DNA of 64,000 bases. It comes from Trichomonas gallinae. Taxonomy: Eukaryota. Positions within the stretch are counted from its first letter, which is position 1. Every line of letters begins with the position of its first letter. The notes under the pieces were generated by a model that saw only the letters and a list, made by a program, of their open reading frames with translations, did not search any database and was not told the origin of the DNA. The DNA is taken from assembly GCA_008369845.1 (NCBI GenBank), contig MRSU01001415.1, positions 1 through 64,000 on the forward strand, read 5' to 3'. The translations under genes and the position numbers were made by a program. Shown here in pieces: positions 10,927 to 20,580 of the stretch.

Positions 10927-13900
10927 TTATAAATAAGCATCTAAAGCAGCGCACATAGCGCAGAGTGACTTAGGGTTGGACTCACTCATGCAATGCGCGC
11001 AAACAGTTCTATTGCATTTGTTGCAGTAAGCTGCAACTTTGTCGCCGCAGTAGGGACATGAGTCGTATATAGACAACTTCTGTGTTGCTCCCGTTACACC
11101 GAAAGCGTTCCATAATAGAGCATTGCCCTCTTCGTCTATGGAAAGGAACTCTTCGAGGCTTGGATGTGTTGCGATCCTATCTACAGGATATTCGTGTTCG
11201 CTCGGCAAATTTTTGATTTCGAAAGATTTGATGTCGAACCTCAACAAAGCAATCGCGACTCCTCCGTTTTCGAAGCCGAGGATTGCATTTCTCTCGGTGC
11301 AGTCTGAAGGATGCGGTACAACCTCCAAGCACGTGATGTTCTCGATGCTGAGTTCCGCGAGCATCTCCATGTTTAATGAGAAACACATGAGTTTTGAGTC
11401 GGTTGCGATCCAAACAATTCCGTATTTTTCGTCCATGGAAATATGCTGAATCTTCTCGTCGAAGTCTTTGTATCTATGAAGAGATCCATATGTGAACTCC
11501 CACAAAACGAGTCTTGCTCCAACAGCTGTCGCGCAAATGAAATCGATGCCGCTGATGACCGACTGAGGAACTAAGTCCCATGATAACTCGGAGACAAGAG
11601 AATAATCGGATGGGATGCTTTGGATGAAGTTGATCTTGTAAATTCGTGTTAAACCGAATTCGAAGTCAACGACCAAGAACAAACCGTTCGCTGAAATGGA
11701 AACAGCGTCAGCGAAAATCATCAAATAGTCCATCTTTGAGAAGAATATCTGTCCTGTTTCCTTGTTGAGCATTGTCATTGTCAACAATCTTTTGTCGATT
11801 CTGATATAATAAGGATGAGTCGGCTCGATTCTCGCGCTGAGCTTGCTGATCTTTCTGACTGTGTTTCTCTCGAATAACAATGTTTGATGCTCTGCGCAAC
11901 TTCTGTTTATAGATTGACAAACGTGAATGTTGTTAATGAAAGCAACAGAAGAAAGTTTTCTCGGTGTGACTTTGATTTTTGACAAATCATTAGAAACAAT
12001 TTCGCCGTAGAAATTCTTTAAAACCCAGTTTTTGATTTCCGAAACATTCTTTAGCTCTTGTCTCATCTCCATTGCGCGAATGAATCCGAAATTGACATCT
12101 GGAGCGTAAAATAGATGTGCTGGGATGTTATAATCGTAGAGATTGACATTGTTGTGGGTGAAAACTGTGAATGGAAGCATCTTTCCTAAAAATGATAAGG
12201 CAGCATCTCTGTCAGGAATCTTCTTTTCAACGATTTTTCCTTTTTCTATATATGGGAAGAAAGGAACACGATTGAGATCAACGAAGCTTCTCTGCGCAAA
12301 GCAGTTGACAGCCAAAAGCATCTGTTCTGTTGAAATTTTTCCGTTTGTGTAGTAATAGTAAATCTCTTCGCTCTTTCTTATGTTGAAGATGAAAGAATTT
12401 GAAGGGGTCGAGAATGAATCGAAAGCGAGTCGAGACACAGAAAACAGGATCGATCTGTCCGCTGTCAACAAGAAGTGGCCTGACTTGAATGTCCAAATTG
12501 CCAATGTGTTGTCATCATATTTTCTCGCGCTGATTAATGAAGATGTTGGAATACAAATAACAATGTGAGTGTTAAATAACTGTGTTGTTCCCCAATGACC
12601 GATTAAAACACTTTCGATGAACGTGTGCATAACCTTTTCATTCGATGGCTCTTTTAATAATATATCTCTTCCATCTTCTGTTGTTGATGCGTATGTTAAA
12701 AACATAATCATCGACTTGAACAAGAAAATCACGCAAGGGATTCTGTTGTCATATCTTATCAACTCGCACGACATGAAACTGATTACTGCGCCATATTTGC
12801 TGTTGATCCTCTTGAATAACTCAAGTAATGTAACAGAACTCGTCTGATGAGTGTTGTGCGTGTAAAGAGAAAGAACAGCTGAATAAGGAAAGACAGGAAT
12901 CATTTCTCCATTAACCGGCGGAATTGTTGAAGGCGTGAAAATCCTTGGCGCAGAGAAAGGAAGACAACGTGGTGACAAATGATAGCAGACTGGGTCGAAA
13001 TTCACTACATATGAAAGTTTGTCGCGAAGTGAAGTGATGAATAATTTCCATTTCGTTCTTTGCTCATTTAGAGTGAAAGTGCTTTCTAAAGTCAACAAAG
13101 ACTTCTTGAATGCAATGGCTTCGTAGAGGTGTTTCGTGTATAATTGATAACACATGCTTGTTATGTCTCTTGACAGTTGTGTGATTTCATTTGAAAATGT
13201 TCCTTTGTTCGATAAAATTGCGTCGCTGTTTTCTTTATCGAATTTTTCTAATAGCTCAACAAAAACTTTCCAAGCCGATTCCAGTGTAGAGAAATACTGT
13301 TGGTCAATGTCGCTTTCGTAGATTGCGTCAATGAATTTGTTCTCTTTGTGATCATTCGGTAAAAGTGATGTGAATTTTTCGATGAATTGGTCGAATTCTT
13401 TCGCGTCTGTTTTAGAGATTAAAAAGAAAGCGTAGTACCAAGCTTTGGATGTTTTCGCTTCTACAGCAAGAGGAGCAATCATGTCGACATTTCTTGCAAA
13501 CAAAGGAACAATCTTTGTCATTGCGTTATGTGGTGAATGCATGAATACGTCAAACAAGATAATATTGATGACTTTCGCGCAAGAAAGAATTGTTGAATTC
13601 CTGATGACTTTCGTAGCAAAAGCAATGAAAGAAAACAAGTCTGAGAAGAATTGAACTGGTTTGTCTGAGAAACACTTGTTGCTGACGAAGAAAACCAAAT
13701 AGTTCAAGAAACTCATCAAAGGAAAAGTTGGCGTCAATTCATGACAATTGGCCATCAAAATGTGAATCAGAGGCTGAATGATTAAAGGAGTTCTTCCTTG
13801 ATCGTAGAAAGGCAAGTTGCAATAAAGGCAGCCGAACAACATATTGAAGATTTTTTCTGGAGCTTTGTAGATCAGCAATGCCATGAAATGTGTCAAATAA

Positions 13901-16900
13901 AACTCTTCGATGAACTTGACAAAACCATTAGAATCGAAAGGTTCGGAAACCGGAAATTCGAGTCCAAATCCATTCAAAACATCTTTAACTAAGCTGAGCA
14001 TGAATGTGTTGGCTTTCTGCGGCTGTTGAGGTGGAGGAACAACTATATCTATGTTTTTATCTTTTGGTAAATCCAAAGAATTTTCTGGAGTCAAACTCTG
14101 TGATTCGCACATCGTCTGCAAGTAGCCTGTGTAAGAGAAGATCAACGGAAACCATGAGGTTAATAGGCTTGTGGATGTTTTGTCGGCGAAAACATATTGA
14201 AGGTTATCGGATAATATAGAAATCGCGTTCTTGAAATCGCTCAAAGTTAATGACAAATCTTGTGACAATTCCGCACTCGGGAACGAATGCTTGTGGATCA
14301 AGCACAGGCTGAAAGCCCAGACCAGAACCAGAAGCAGTGGAAGAGCTGCCAATAAGCACTCCGAGTGATAGAAATTGTCGGTTGCAAGAAGAAAAGTATC
14401 AGTCCAAATTGAATGCGAGTAAGCATATTTCGCAATCAAAACTAAGAAAGGCTGATTGATTGTCATGTATCCTGGCTTGAAGATATTTGCCGTAACCATC
14501 ATGTGGTAGATTTTGATGCTGGCTTCCGGTGTTGAATTATACATAACTTGTGTTAAATAGTCAAAACTCATGAACCCAATAAAAGTATCAACGTTTTGTT
14601 GGTTGATGAAATTCGTGAAGCCTTGTATCAATGTCAATTGAACATCAGTGCTCCTTGAGTTGACAATTCCATCCCATGTGATCTCAGGATTATCCAACAC
14701 ATGAGCAAATGAGATGATTCGTGTCATGATTTTGATTATGTTCGGCAAATCTTTGTGCTTTTGAAGAATCATGTCTACGATGTTGACATTCTTAGGATTC
14801 TTCAAAACTTTCGTCGCCAAGAAATGATCGAAGCCTTCGATTGTTGACCAGTTCATGTCATTGAAATAGTCGAATAAGCCAGCGATGAGAATCTCGTTGT
14901 CGACGAATTCCCACATTTCATCATCGAACAGAATTGAAGCGAGAATTCTATCTCTTCTTGAATGATATGATGCTGATTTAAGGGCTTTCAAGAAGAAATC
15001 TCTGTTAATGAACTGTCTGTGTTTCTTCATCGACGCCAAAATCTTCGGCCAAAACTTGAGCGAGTTGAAATAAGTTATTTGCGTGATTCTCATCAACGTT
15101 GAGAATAAATTCAAGTATTGTTCAGACGTTTGCGCTGTTCCCAGCATCTTGAATAAGCCAGAAATCTTCCTCATGGACAAGAAGTGGAATGGCAAACCGA
15201 AATATGGAACAGCAACGAAATTCGGAGGAATAACAATTCTCGTATCATTCGATGAGTTTGGCTCGTTCGATGATGGATTGCAGAACGTGTAAGGAGTGAT
15301 AATAAGCTCCATCCTAGATGAATCTGTGTAATCTATGAACTCTGGGCCGTGAGCAAACAAAACATCTGGTTTAATGAAGCGGTTTTTGTAAACTCTAATT
15401 GATGAACCTAAAAACAGCAATCCGCGGCCTATCCATCCGAAACCCGCGTAAGTGAAAGGGTTCTTGTCTTTCTTCGGCTTGCAAACTTTCATCATTTCTG
15501 TGTGGTTCGCTGATCTAAAGTAAACGTGAGTGATCGTTGAAAAAAGTTTTTCTTGGAGAGATATATAAATAAAAGTCATCCTATGGCAGTCGAAATCCAT
15601 AACGAATTTTTCGTCATTTATTGTAATATACAAATGACTCTTATCAATGGAAATAAGAACATTGTCTGTGTGGAATATGTTGATGATATTTTCTTGTTCG
15701 TCTGATGCTTGGAACCAGAATGAAATTGCCGAAAAAGTGTCAGTGTATTTTAATTCTTCTCTGCCCTGGTAAAACTGGAATAGCGGATAATGCATGTGCT
15801 TTGCGTTGCAAAACTTTTTGAGTTCGAATGGCCTCGACATCAATAAGTTCACATGCTTAGTTTTGATGTATCTGTTTCCTATATCTATAATGAAAGGAAT
15901 GTCAAATATGTCGACGCCCTTCCTTAAGTACTGAGAAACGACGCAGTTTCCGAGCATCCATGCATTATATGGATCGATGAAGCTCGGTGGGTCAAGGAGA
16001 GGAAATAGAGAAGGCACTCTGATTGGTCTATATCTAGATGTCTTCATTCCATAAACGATTTTGTCGAGCTGTTGTTTTCCGAGGGAAAAAATTGGATGAG
16101 ATTGATCCAGGTCATCAATAAAATCGTCTAAGTCATCGAATCTTCTTAAAACAACCAAAGAAGAAAGTATTTGCGAATAGAGCTCCATGTCTACTATGCC
16201 TTTAACGCGCATATCTTCTAGCCACTCGATGCCGTCGCATTTTACAAAAGCTTCAGATATTTCGACAGTTTTCACGAAGCAAGAAAGAAAAACATCGCAA
16301 AAAGAGTTGCATTTGAAGTCAGTCATGTAGGAAAGAATTGGCTCAACAGTTCTTTCGGCAGGAACAGCTGTAATATAATCTGAAATTATCATAAAAAGAA
16401 TATTTTTGTTTTTGAGATAAGGATTTGTTTCTAAAAGTGCGCGAACTATATGTGATTGGTGAATCTTGGACTCTTTTTGTTTGAAAATTTCTATGCTCAT
16501 ATCTATAAATCTTCTATTTTCTAAAATTAAATTTGCAAGTGTTTCGTGGTTTAAATGAACGATAAAACCGAGGAGAAATTCACTATTGAATTCTGGAAAA
16601 TCATTAAACGTAAATTCTCTCCCTTGTGAAACTTTTAATTTATCAAATATAGAAACGATTAATATTGATGCGAGTTTTCGAAGTCTTGGCTGTATTTTTT
16701 CGTCTTTACCGAGTTTGGCAAATTGATTTAGCGCCGGAGTAACCTTGCTTGTCGTATAATGAACCGCAGGAATTATATTTAAAATTTTGTTTGTTTGTTC
16801 TACGATTATTTCGTCAACATCAATTGTATATAGCTTTGTAATGTAGTATAATAATCCATCTGATTTCAAAAATGATTCAGTAAATGGCGGAAATACGAAA

Positions 16901-17292
16901 ACTTCTTTGAAGTATGAATGAATTGTAGGCAAGAAAGACGGATTCCTCGTAGCTACAAGACAACTAGATACGAAAAGATTCACTGAATCAGGCCCTGTCG
17001 GTGAAGATTGACCAAGTTTCCATAAACTAGATAAAATTTCTAATGCTTTTACTAAGACTTTGTCGTATTCTGCGTTTAATAAACTCATTCTAGAGTATAT
17101 TGATTCGTAAACTCGCATGATATTTCGTTGTCCTCCAGATAAAAAATCTGGATTATGGAAATATTCTTGTAATCGTTGCAGATATATCAGCAGGTGCTCT
17201 TCCTTTAGCTTTATTTCGCTGACTCCATTGATGGAATCATTGAAATTCGAAATTAAATTTAAGAAATCTGCAGAGGAAGAACTTCTCTGCAT
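10927..17292 (-). CDS. Degenerate BEACH-family protein (PH-like, eroded BEACH, WD40-like, C-terminal Cys-rich zinc finger)
   Basis: The track ORF starts at a non-ATG codon at 17484; the first in-frame ATG is 17292 (MQRSSS). NGKISTEQMLLAVNCFAQRSFVDLNRVPFFPYI resembles the BEACH start G.ISNF.YLM.LN..AGRSFNDL.QYP.FPW. A WD-like region precedes the terminal CPYC..YCNKC...VCAHC...CAMC. Confidence 0.7.
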   Translation of the reverse strand: MQRSSSSADFLNLISNFNDSINGVSEIKLKEEHLLIYLQRLQEYFHNPDFLSGGQRNIMRVYESIYSRMSLLNAEYDKVLVKALEILSSLWKLGQSSPTGPDSVNLFVSSCLVATRNPSFLPTIHSYFKEVFVFPPFTESFLKSDGLLYYITKLYTIDVDEIIVEQTNKILNIIPAVHYTTSKVTPALNQFAKLGKDEKIQPRLRKLASILIVSIFDKLKVSQGREFTFNDFPEFNSEFLLGFIVHLNHETLANLILENRRFIDMSIEIFKQKESKIHQSHIVRALLETNPYLKNKNILFMIISDYITAVPAERTVEPILSYMTDFKCNSFCDVFLSCFVKTVEISEAFVKCDGIEWLEDMRVKGIVDMELYSQILSSLVVLRRFDDLDDFIDDLDQSHPIFSLGKQQLDKIVYGMKTSRYRPIRVPSLFPLLDPPSFIDPYNAWMLGNCVVSQYLRKGVDIFDIPFIIDIGNRYIKTKHVNLLMSRPFELKKFCNAKHMHYPLFQFYQGREELKYTDTFSAISFWFQASDEQENIINIFHTDNVLISIDKSHLYITINDEKFVMDFDCHRMTFIYISLQEKLFSTITHVYFRSANHTEMMKVCKPKKDKNPFTYAGFGWIGRGLLFLGSSIRVYKNRFIKPDVLFAHGPEFIDYTDSSRMELIITPYTFCNPSSNEPNSSNDTRIVIPPNFVAVPYFGLPFHFLSMRKISGLFKMLGTAQTSEQYLNLFSTLMRITQITYFNSLKFWPKILASMKKHRQFINRDFFLKALKSASYHSRRDRILASILFDDEMWEFVDNEILIAGLFDYFNDMNWSTIEGFDHFLATKVLKNPKNVNIVDMILQKHKDLPNIIKIMTRIISFAHVLDNPEITWDGIVNSRSTDVQLTLIQGFTNFINQQNVDTFIGFMSFDYLTQVMYNSTPEASIKIYHMMVTANIFKPGYMTINQPFLVLIAKYAYSHSIWTDTFLLATDNFYHSECLLAALPLLLVLVWAFSLCLIHKHSFPSAELSQDLSLTLSDFKNAISILSDNLQYVFADKTSTSLLTSWFPLIFSYTGYLQTMCESQSLTPENSLDLPKDKNIDIVVPPPQQPQKANTFMLSLVKDVLNGFGLEFPVSEPFDSNGFVKFIEEFYLTHFMALLIYKAPEKIFNMLFGCLYCNLPFYDQGRTPLIIQPLIHILMANCHELTPTFPLMSFLNYLVFFVSNKCFSDKPVQFFSDLFSFIAFATKVIRNSTILSCAKVINIILFDVFMHSPHNAMTKIVPLFARNVDMIAPLAVEAKTSKAWYYAFFLISKTDAKEFDQFIEKFTSLLPNDHKENKFIDAIYESDIDQQYFSTLESAWKVFVELLEKFDKENSDAILSNKGTFSNEITQLSRDITSMCYQLYTKHLYEAIAFKKSLLTLESTFTLNEQRTKWKLFITSLRDKLSYVVNFDPVCYHLSPRCLPFSAPRIFTPSTIPPVNGEMIPVFPYSAVLSLYTHNTHQTSSVTLLELFKRINSKYGAVISFMSCELIRYDNRIPCVIFLFKSMIMFLTYASTTEDGRDILLKEPSNEKVMHTFIESVLIGHWGTTQLFNTHIVICIPTSSLISARKYDDNTLAIWTFKSGHFLLTADRSILFSVSRLAFDSFSTPSNSFIFNIRKSEEIYYYYTNGKISTEQMLLAVNCFAQRSFVDLNRVPFFPYIEKGKIVEKKIPDRDAALSFLGKMLPFTVFTHNNVNLYDYNIPAHLFYAPDVNFGFIRAMEMRQELKNVSEIKNWVLKNFYGEIVSNDLSKIKVTPRKLSSVAFINNIHVCQSINRSCAEHQTLLFERNTVRKISKLSARIEPTHPYYIRIDKRLLTMTMLNKETGQIFFSKMDYLMIFADAVSISANGLFLVVDFEFGLTRIYKINFIQSIPSDYSLVSELSWDLVPQSVISGIDFICATAVGARLVLWEFTYGSLHRYKDFDEKIQHISMDEKYGIVWIATDSKLMCFSLNMEMLAELSIENITCLEVVPHPSDCTERNAILGFENGGVAIALLRFDIKSFEIKNLPSEHEYPVDRIATHPSLEEFLSIDEEGNALLWNAFGVTGATQKLSIYDSCPYCGDKVAAYCNKCNRTVCAHCMSESNPKSLCAMCAALDAYL

Positions 17293-17903
17293 TTTGAAAA
17301 AAATTAACTGCGATTTTGTGATATCTGCACTGTAAACATTATATAAATCATGAATTTTTATGAAAAAATCGTTGTTAATGCAACTTTTACTCGGACAACA
17401 AAAATTTTCTTTATTTGAAGTCTTAAAATACGAAATTACTGTTATACATAATCTGATGTGACTAAATTTAAACTGCTTATTCAATAACTTTCACTATTTT
17501 TTCATTTAAAAATTCATTTTTCTAATTTTCTTAATTAATTCAAGATATAAGCGTTTAATAATGATGTTACTAAAATCGAATAGAATACAAAAAATTGTCA
17601 CGTAAAATATCAATACATGTCAAATTATTGCGTTTTTTGTCAGATTTAATAACTAATCTGCCATGTAAAATCCACTCTCTTTTGTTGATATCAGCACCAA
17701 ATGTATTAATATTATTCTTTTATGGAGATGTGCAGAGACTACTTATATATATGAAAATGTATATTTTGAATAAAGATTTTTTTTTCTTTCATTTATATAT
17801 TTACATATTATTAATCTATCAATTTTGAATTAGATATAATATATATATGAAAGAGAACAGGTATTTGAAAGTATAATATTCTAGTAATATTTAAATAACA
17901 TGG

Positions 17904-19853
17904 TTAAATGAAATCGTTCTCATCAACAAGGAACTGCATGTAGACATCGTTGTCGACGTTCATGTGCATTCTAGGGCACGTGGAGCTTCTCCTTCTCACT
18001 CTGACTGGCCTCATTGGCTCCTCCTGCGGCGTCTGCAGCGTTGACTCTTCGAAGACGCATATATCTGATATCTTATGATAGGCTTCTTCAGCTGCTTCTG
18101 ACAGTTTAACACCGTCGGCGACCATTTCATCCTTTATAGCCAACGCAACAGCTGCATTTCCCACATCTATAGCACTCAAAAGAAGCCTGGAGGCTAAGTC
18201 AGAAGGAACAGCAACTTCGGCTTCTCTAGCGTAGTTATACACAAAGTTGAGTTTTTCAAAATCAGAGTTGTCAGATAATGCCAATAAAGCACACCTGACA
18301 ATTTGTTCGCACGACTCAACCCCGCATTTCGCGTAGTGCCTGAAAACATTCCACGCGTGTTCATGCATTCCGTTGCTAACTAACGCGCTAAGGATGTCGA
18401 CGCAATCTTGTTGTGATGGAATAACTAAGCTGCTTTTTGCCAGCGAAGTCCATTGAACTCTTTTTATCATATTCGAAGTTTTCAGCTTCCTCGCGAAAGC
18501 AGCTAAAACAGCCGGGCTGGGCTTCAGCTCACATAATGAGTCTATCATTGTTTCTGTGATGTTTTCGACGCGTATCATGGCTGTAATCACACAATCCGCG
18601 CCTTGTGAGTCGATTTGTATCATTTCTTTCTTAAATTGCTCGTGGATTCGCAAAACATCGTTGTACATGTCTCTCATCATTAATAACTTCAATAACTGGC
18701 CACATTTCTGTGGTTCGCTCGTCTGTTTGTCGATTAAAATATGTTCGACAATAATTAAAGCATTTTTGTTGTCATTTGCGTTAAGAAGTGCATCTATCAA
18801 CGATAATTTGATGTCTATTAGTACCAAATAGTGGCTTTCGCCCCAAGATGAGTATATATCTAAAGCAGATTTCGCATCTCCGAATCTCGCTAAAATTGAA
18901 ATAAACGCAAGTCGTAAATCGTTCGTAATATCTATATCCAGTGCCAGAACAATCTCTTTGAGTGATTCTAATACGTTAAAACTGCCGAATTCGCCGGCTA
19001 ATCTGCACATTGCAGTAAAAACTTCATCATTGATCGGGCAGTTTCGATTAATGAAGGTTAAAAGAAGGCTGTGAGCAACAAGAAGCTGCTTAGAATTGAT
19101 TAAATCCATAACAGCTTGTGATGCTTGATTTTTGCTTGGCGTAAACTTAGCTGCATCCAGTAAATCCAGGAACATTCTCAAATCGTTTTGATCTCTGACT
19201 AATTGCGCCGCTTGTAAAAGTGTTGTTTGCGTTACTAATGAAAATTCTACGTTTTGCGCTATCATTTTTTCAACTACACCCTTCATAAGGCGAAGCTGAT
19301 CAAATCTTGCGAAGCCTGCAAGTAGTGTATTGAACGTAACTGTGTTAGGTTTAAAATTATATCTCGCAACATCAGCTAAAACTGTGTCTATTATATAAAG
19401 ATTGCCATTAAGCAATCCAGCATTTAAAATTGCGTTGAAAAAGTGCATATTCAGTTCGATACCTATTGATTTCACGTCTTCATATAACATCATCGCGTGA
19501 CTGAAATTATTACACTTTCCACAACCATCTATTAGGCTTGTATATGTTATAATGGTCGGATTTATACCATGAAATTTCATTTCTTCGAACAACATAAACG
19601 CGTCTGATAATCGTTGGCTTTTTACGTAGACATTGATCATTGTATTATATGTGACGACATCCGGCGGGACTCCTGCTTGCAGCATCCTCTCAAATGACGC
19701 GCAAGCTAAGTCGTATTGTTTAGATTTCGAAAATCGCGCGATTTCTTGGTTGTAATGCAAAGCCGCCGGGCAGGACATTGCCCTTTCCCTGCCTTTGTTC
19801 GGATCGTTGCGAGGATCTGGACGAGCACCGCTTTTCGGGTACTTGTGATCCAT
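17904..19853 (-). CDS. Pentatricopeptide repeat (PPR) protein
   Basis: Tandem 35-aa P-type repeats: PDVVTYNTMINVYVK...AFMLFEEMK..GINPTIITYTSLIDGCGK, NMHFFNAIL, PNTVTFNTLLAGFAR. First ATG at 19853 (MDHKY); the track start is non-ATG. Confidence 0.88.
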   Translation of the reverse strand: MDHKYPKSGARPDPRNDPNKGRERAMSCPAALHYNQEIARFSKSKQYDLACASFERMLQAGVPPDVVTYNTMINVYVKSQRLSDAFMLFEEMKFHGINPTIITYTSLIDGCGKCNNFSHAMMLYEDVKSIGIELNMHFFNAILNAGLLNGNLYIIDTVLADVARYNFKPNTVTFNTLLAGFARFDQLRLMKGVVEKMIAQNVEFSLVTQTTLLQAAQLVRDQNDLRMFLDLLDAAKFTPSKNQASQAVMDLINSKQLLVAHSLLLTFINRNCPINDEVFTAMCRLAGEFGSFNVLESLKEIVLALDIDITNDLRLAFISILARFGDAKSALDIYSSWGESHYLVLIDIKLSLIDALLNANDNKNALIIVEHILIDKQTSEPQKCGQLLKLLMMRDMYNDVLRIHEQFKKEMIQIDSQGADCVITAMIRVENITETMIDSLCELKPSPAVLAAFARKLKTSNMIKRVQWTSLAKSSLVIPSQQDCVDILSALVSNGMHEHAWNVFRHYAKCGVESCEQIVRCALLALSDNSDFEKLNFVYNYAREAEVAVPSDLASRLLLSAIDVGNAAVALAIKDEMVADGVKLSEAAEEAYHKISDICVFEESTLQTPQEEPMRPVRVRRRSSTCPRMHMNVDNDVYMQFLVDENDFI

Positions 19854-20580
19854 TTTTTTTTGGAAGCAAAATTTTAATCGTTTTTCTCTCAAACAAAAAC
19901 TTTAAAATCTCGACTTTTTGACTGGATAAATAGATTATATAAAGTGTATGTAACTGATTTTACGCTAAATTAAGCCTCAAATTGCAGTTTTTTGTTATAA
20001 AATTGTAATCAAAAAAAAATTATTGATGGATTTGTGACTTATACAAATTTTTATAGATAATTAGCTAAAAATTTTGCTTCAACATTGATATGATATTTTC
20101 TTGACAAATAAAATTTACATTTTTAATTTATTTGTCAAAAATTTTTGCGCAATACTTTTTTTTTTCCTGCTTGTTGTTAATCCGTCATGTTGCAAGCGTA
20201 ATTGCTAATTTTCCAATAATTAATAAAGCTTCAATATATTTTTGCAAAATGTTCAAAATTTGGTCTATAAATAGTTATTTTGATTACTTCATTATTGACG
20301 ATATAGACATTATTATATTCCCTTGATGATATTATTAAACCAAACATTTGGGATTTTGAAATATTGTATTATATCGATATCGAAGAATATCGAAGAAATA
20401 TTAGTTTCTAAAGCTATTTATGAATTCTGTTTCTAATTTTCATCATTTTTCTTTAAATTGATGTTAAATCATTGATTTTTCATAGAGAATAAGTGATTTT
20501 AAATGAGTGTATAAATAGTATATTGGATTAAGAATAACTAAAAATATGTTATTTATTAATAAATAAAATAAAAAACAAAA

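Noticed and set aside
17293..17484. N-terminal extensions in the ORF track (also 19892, 26595, 31152, 44402, 46846)
   Set aside because: They mostly begin at non-ATG codons, run through AT-rich promoter DNA, and in most cases lie upstream of an Inr motif. Downstream ATGs were preferred.
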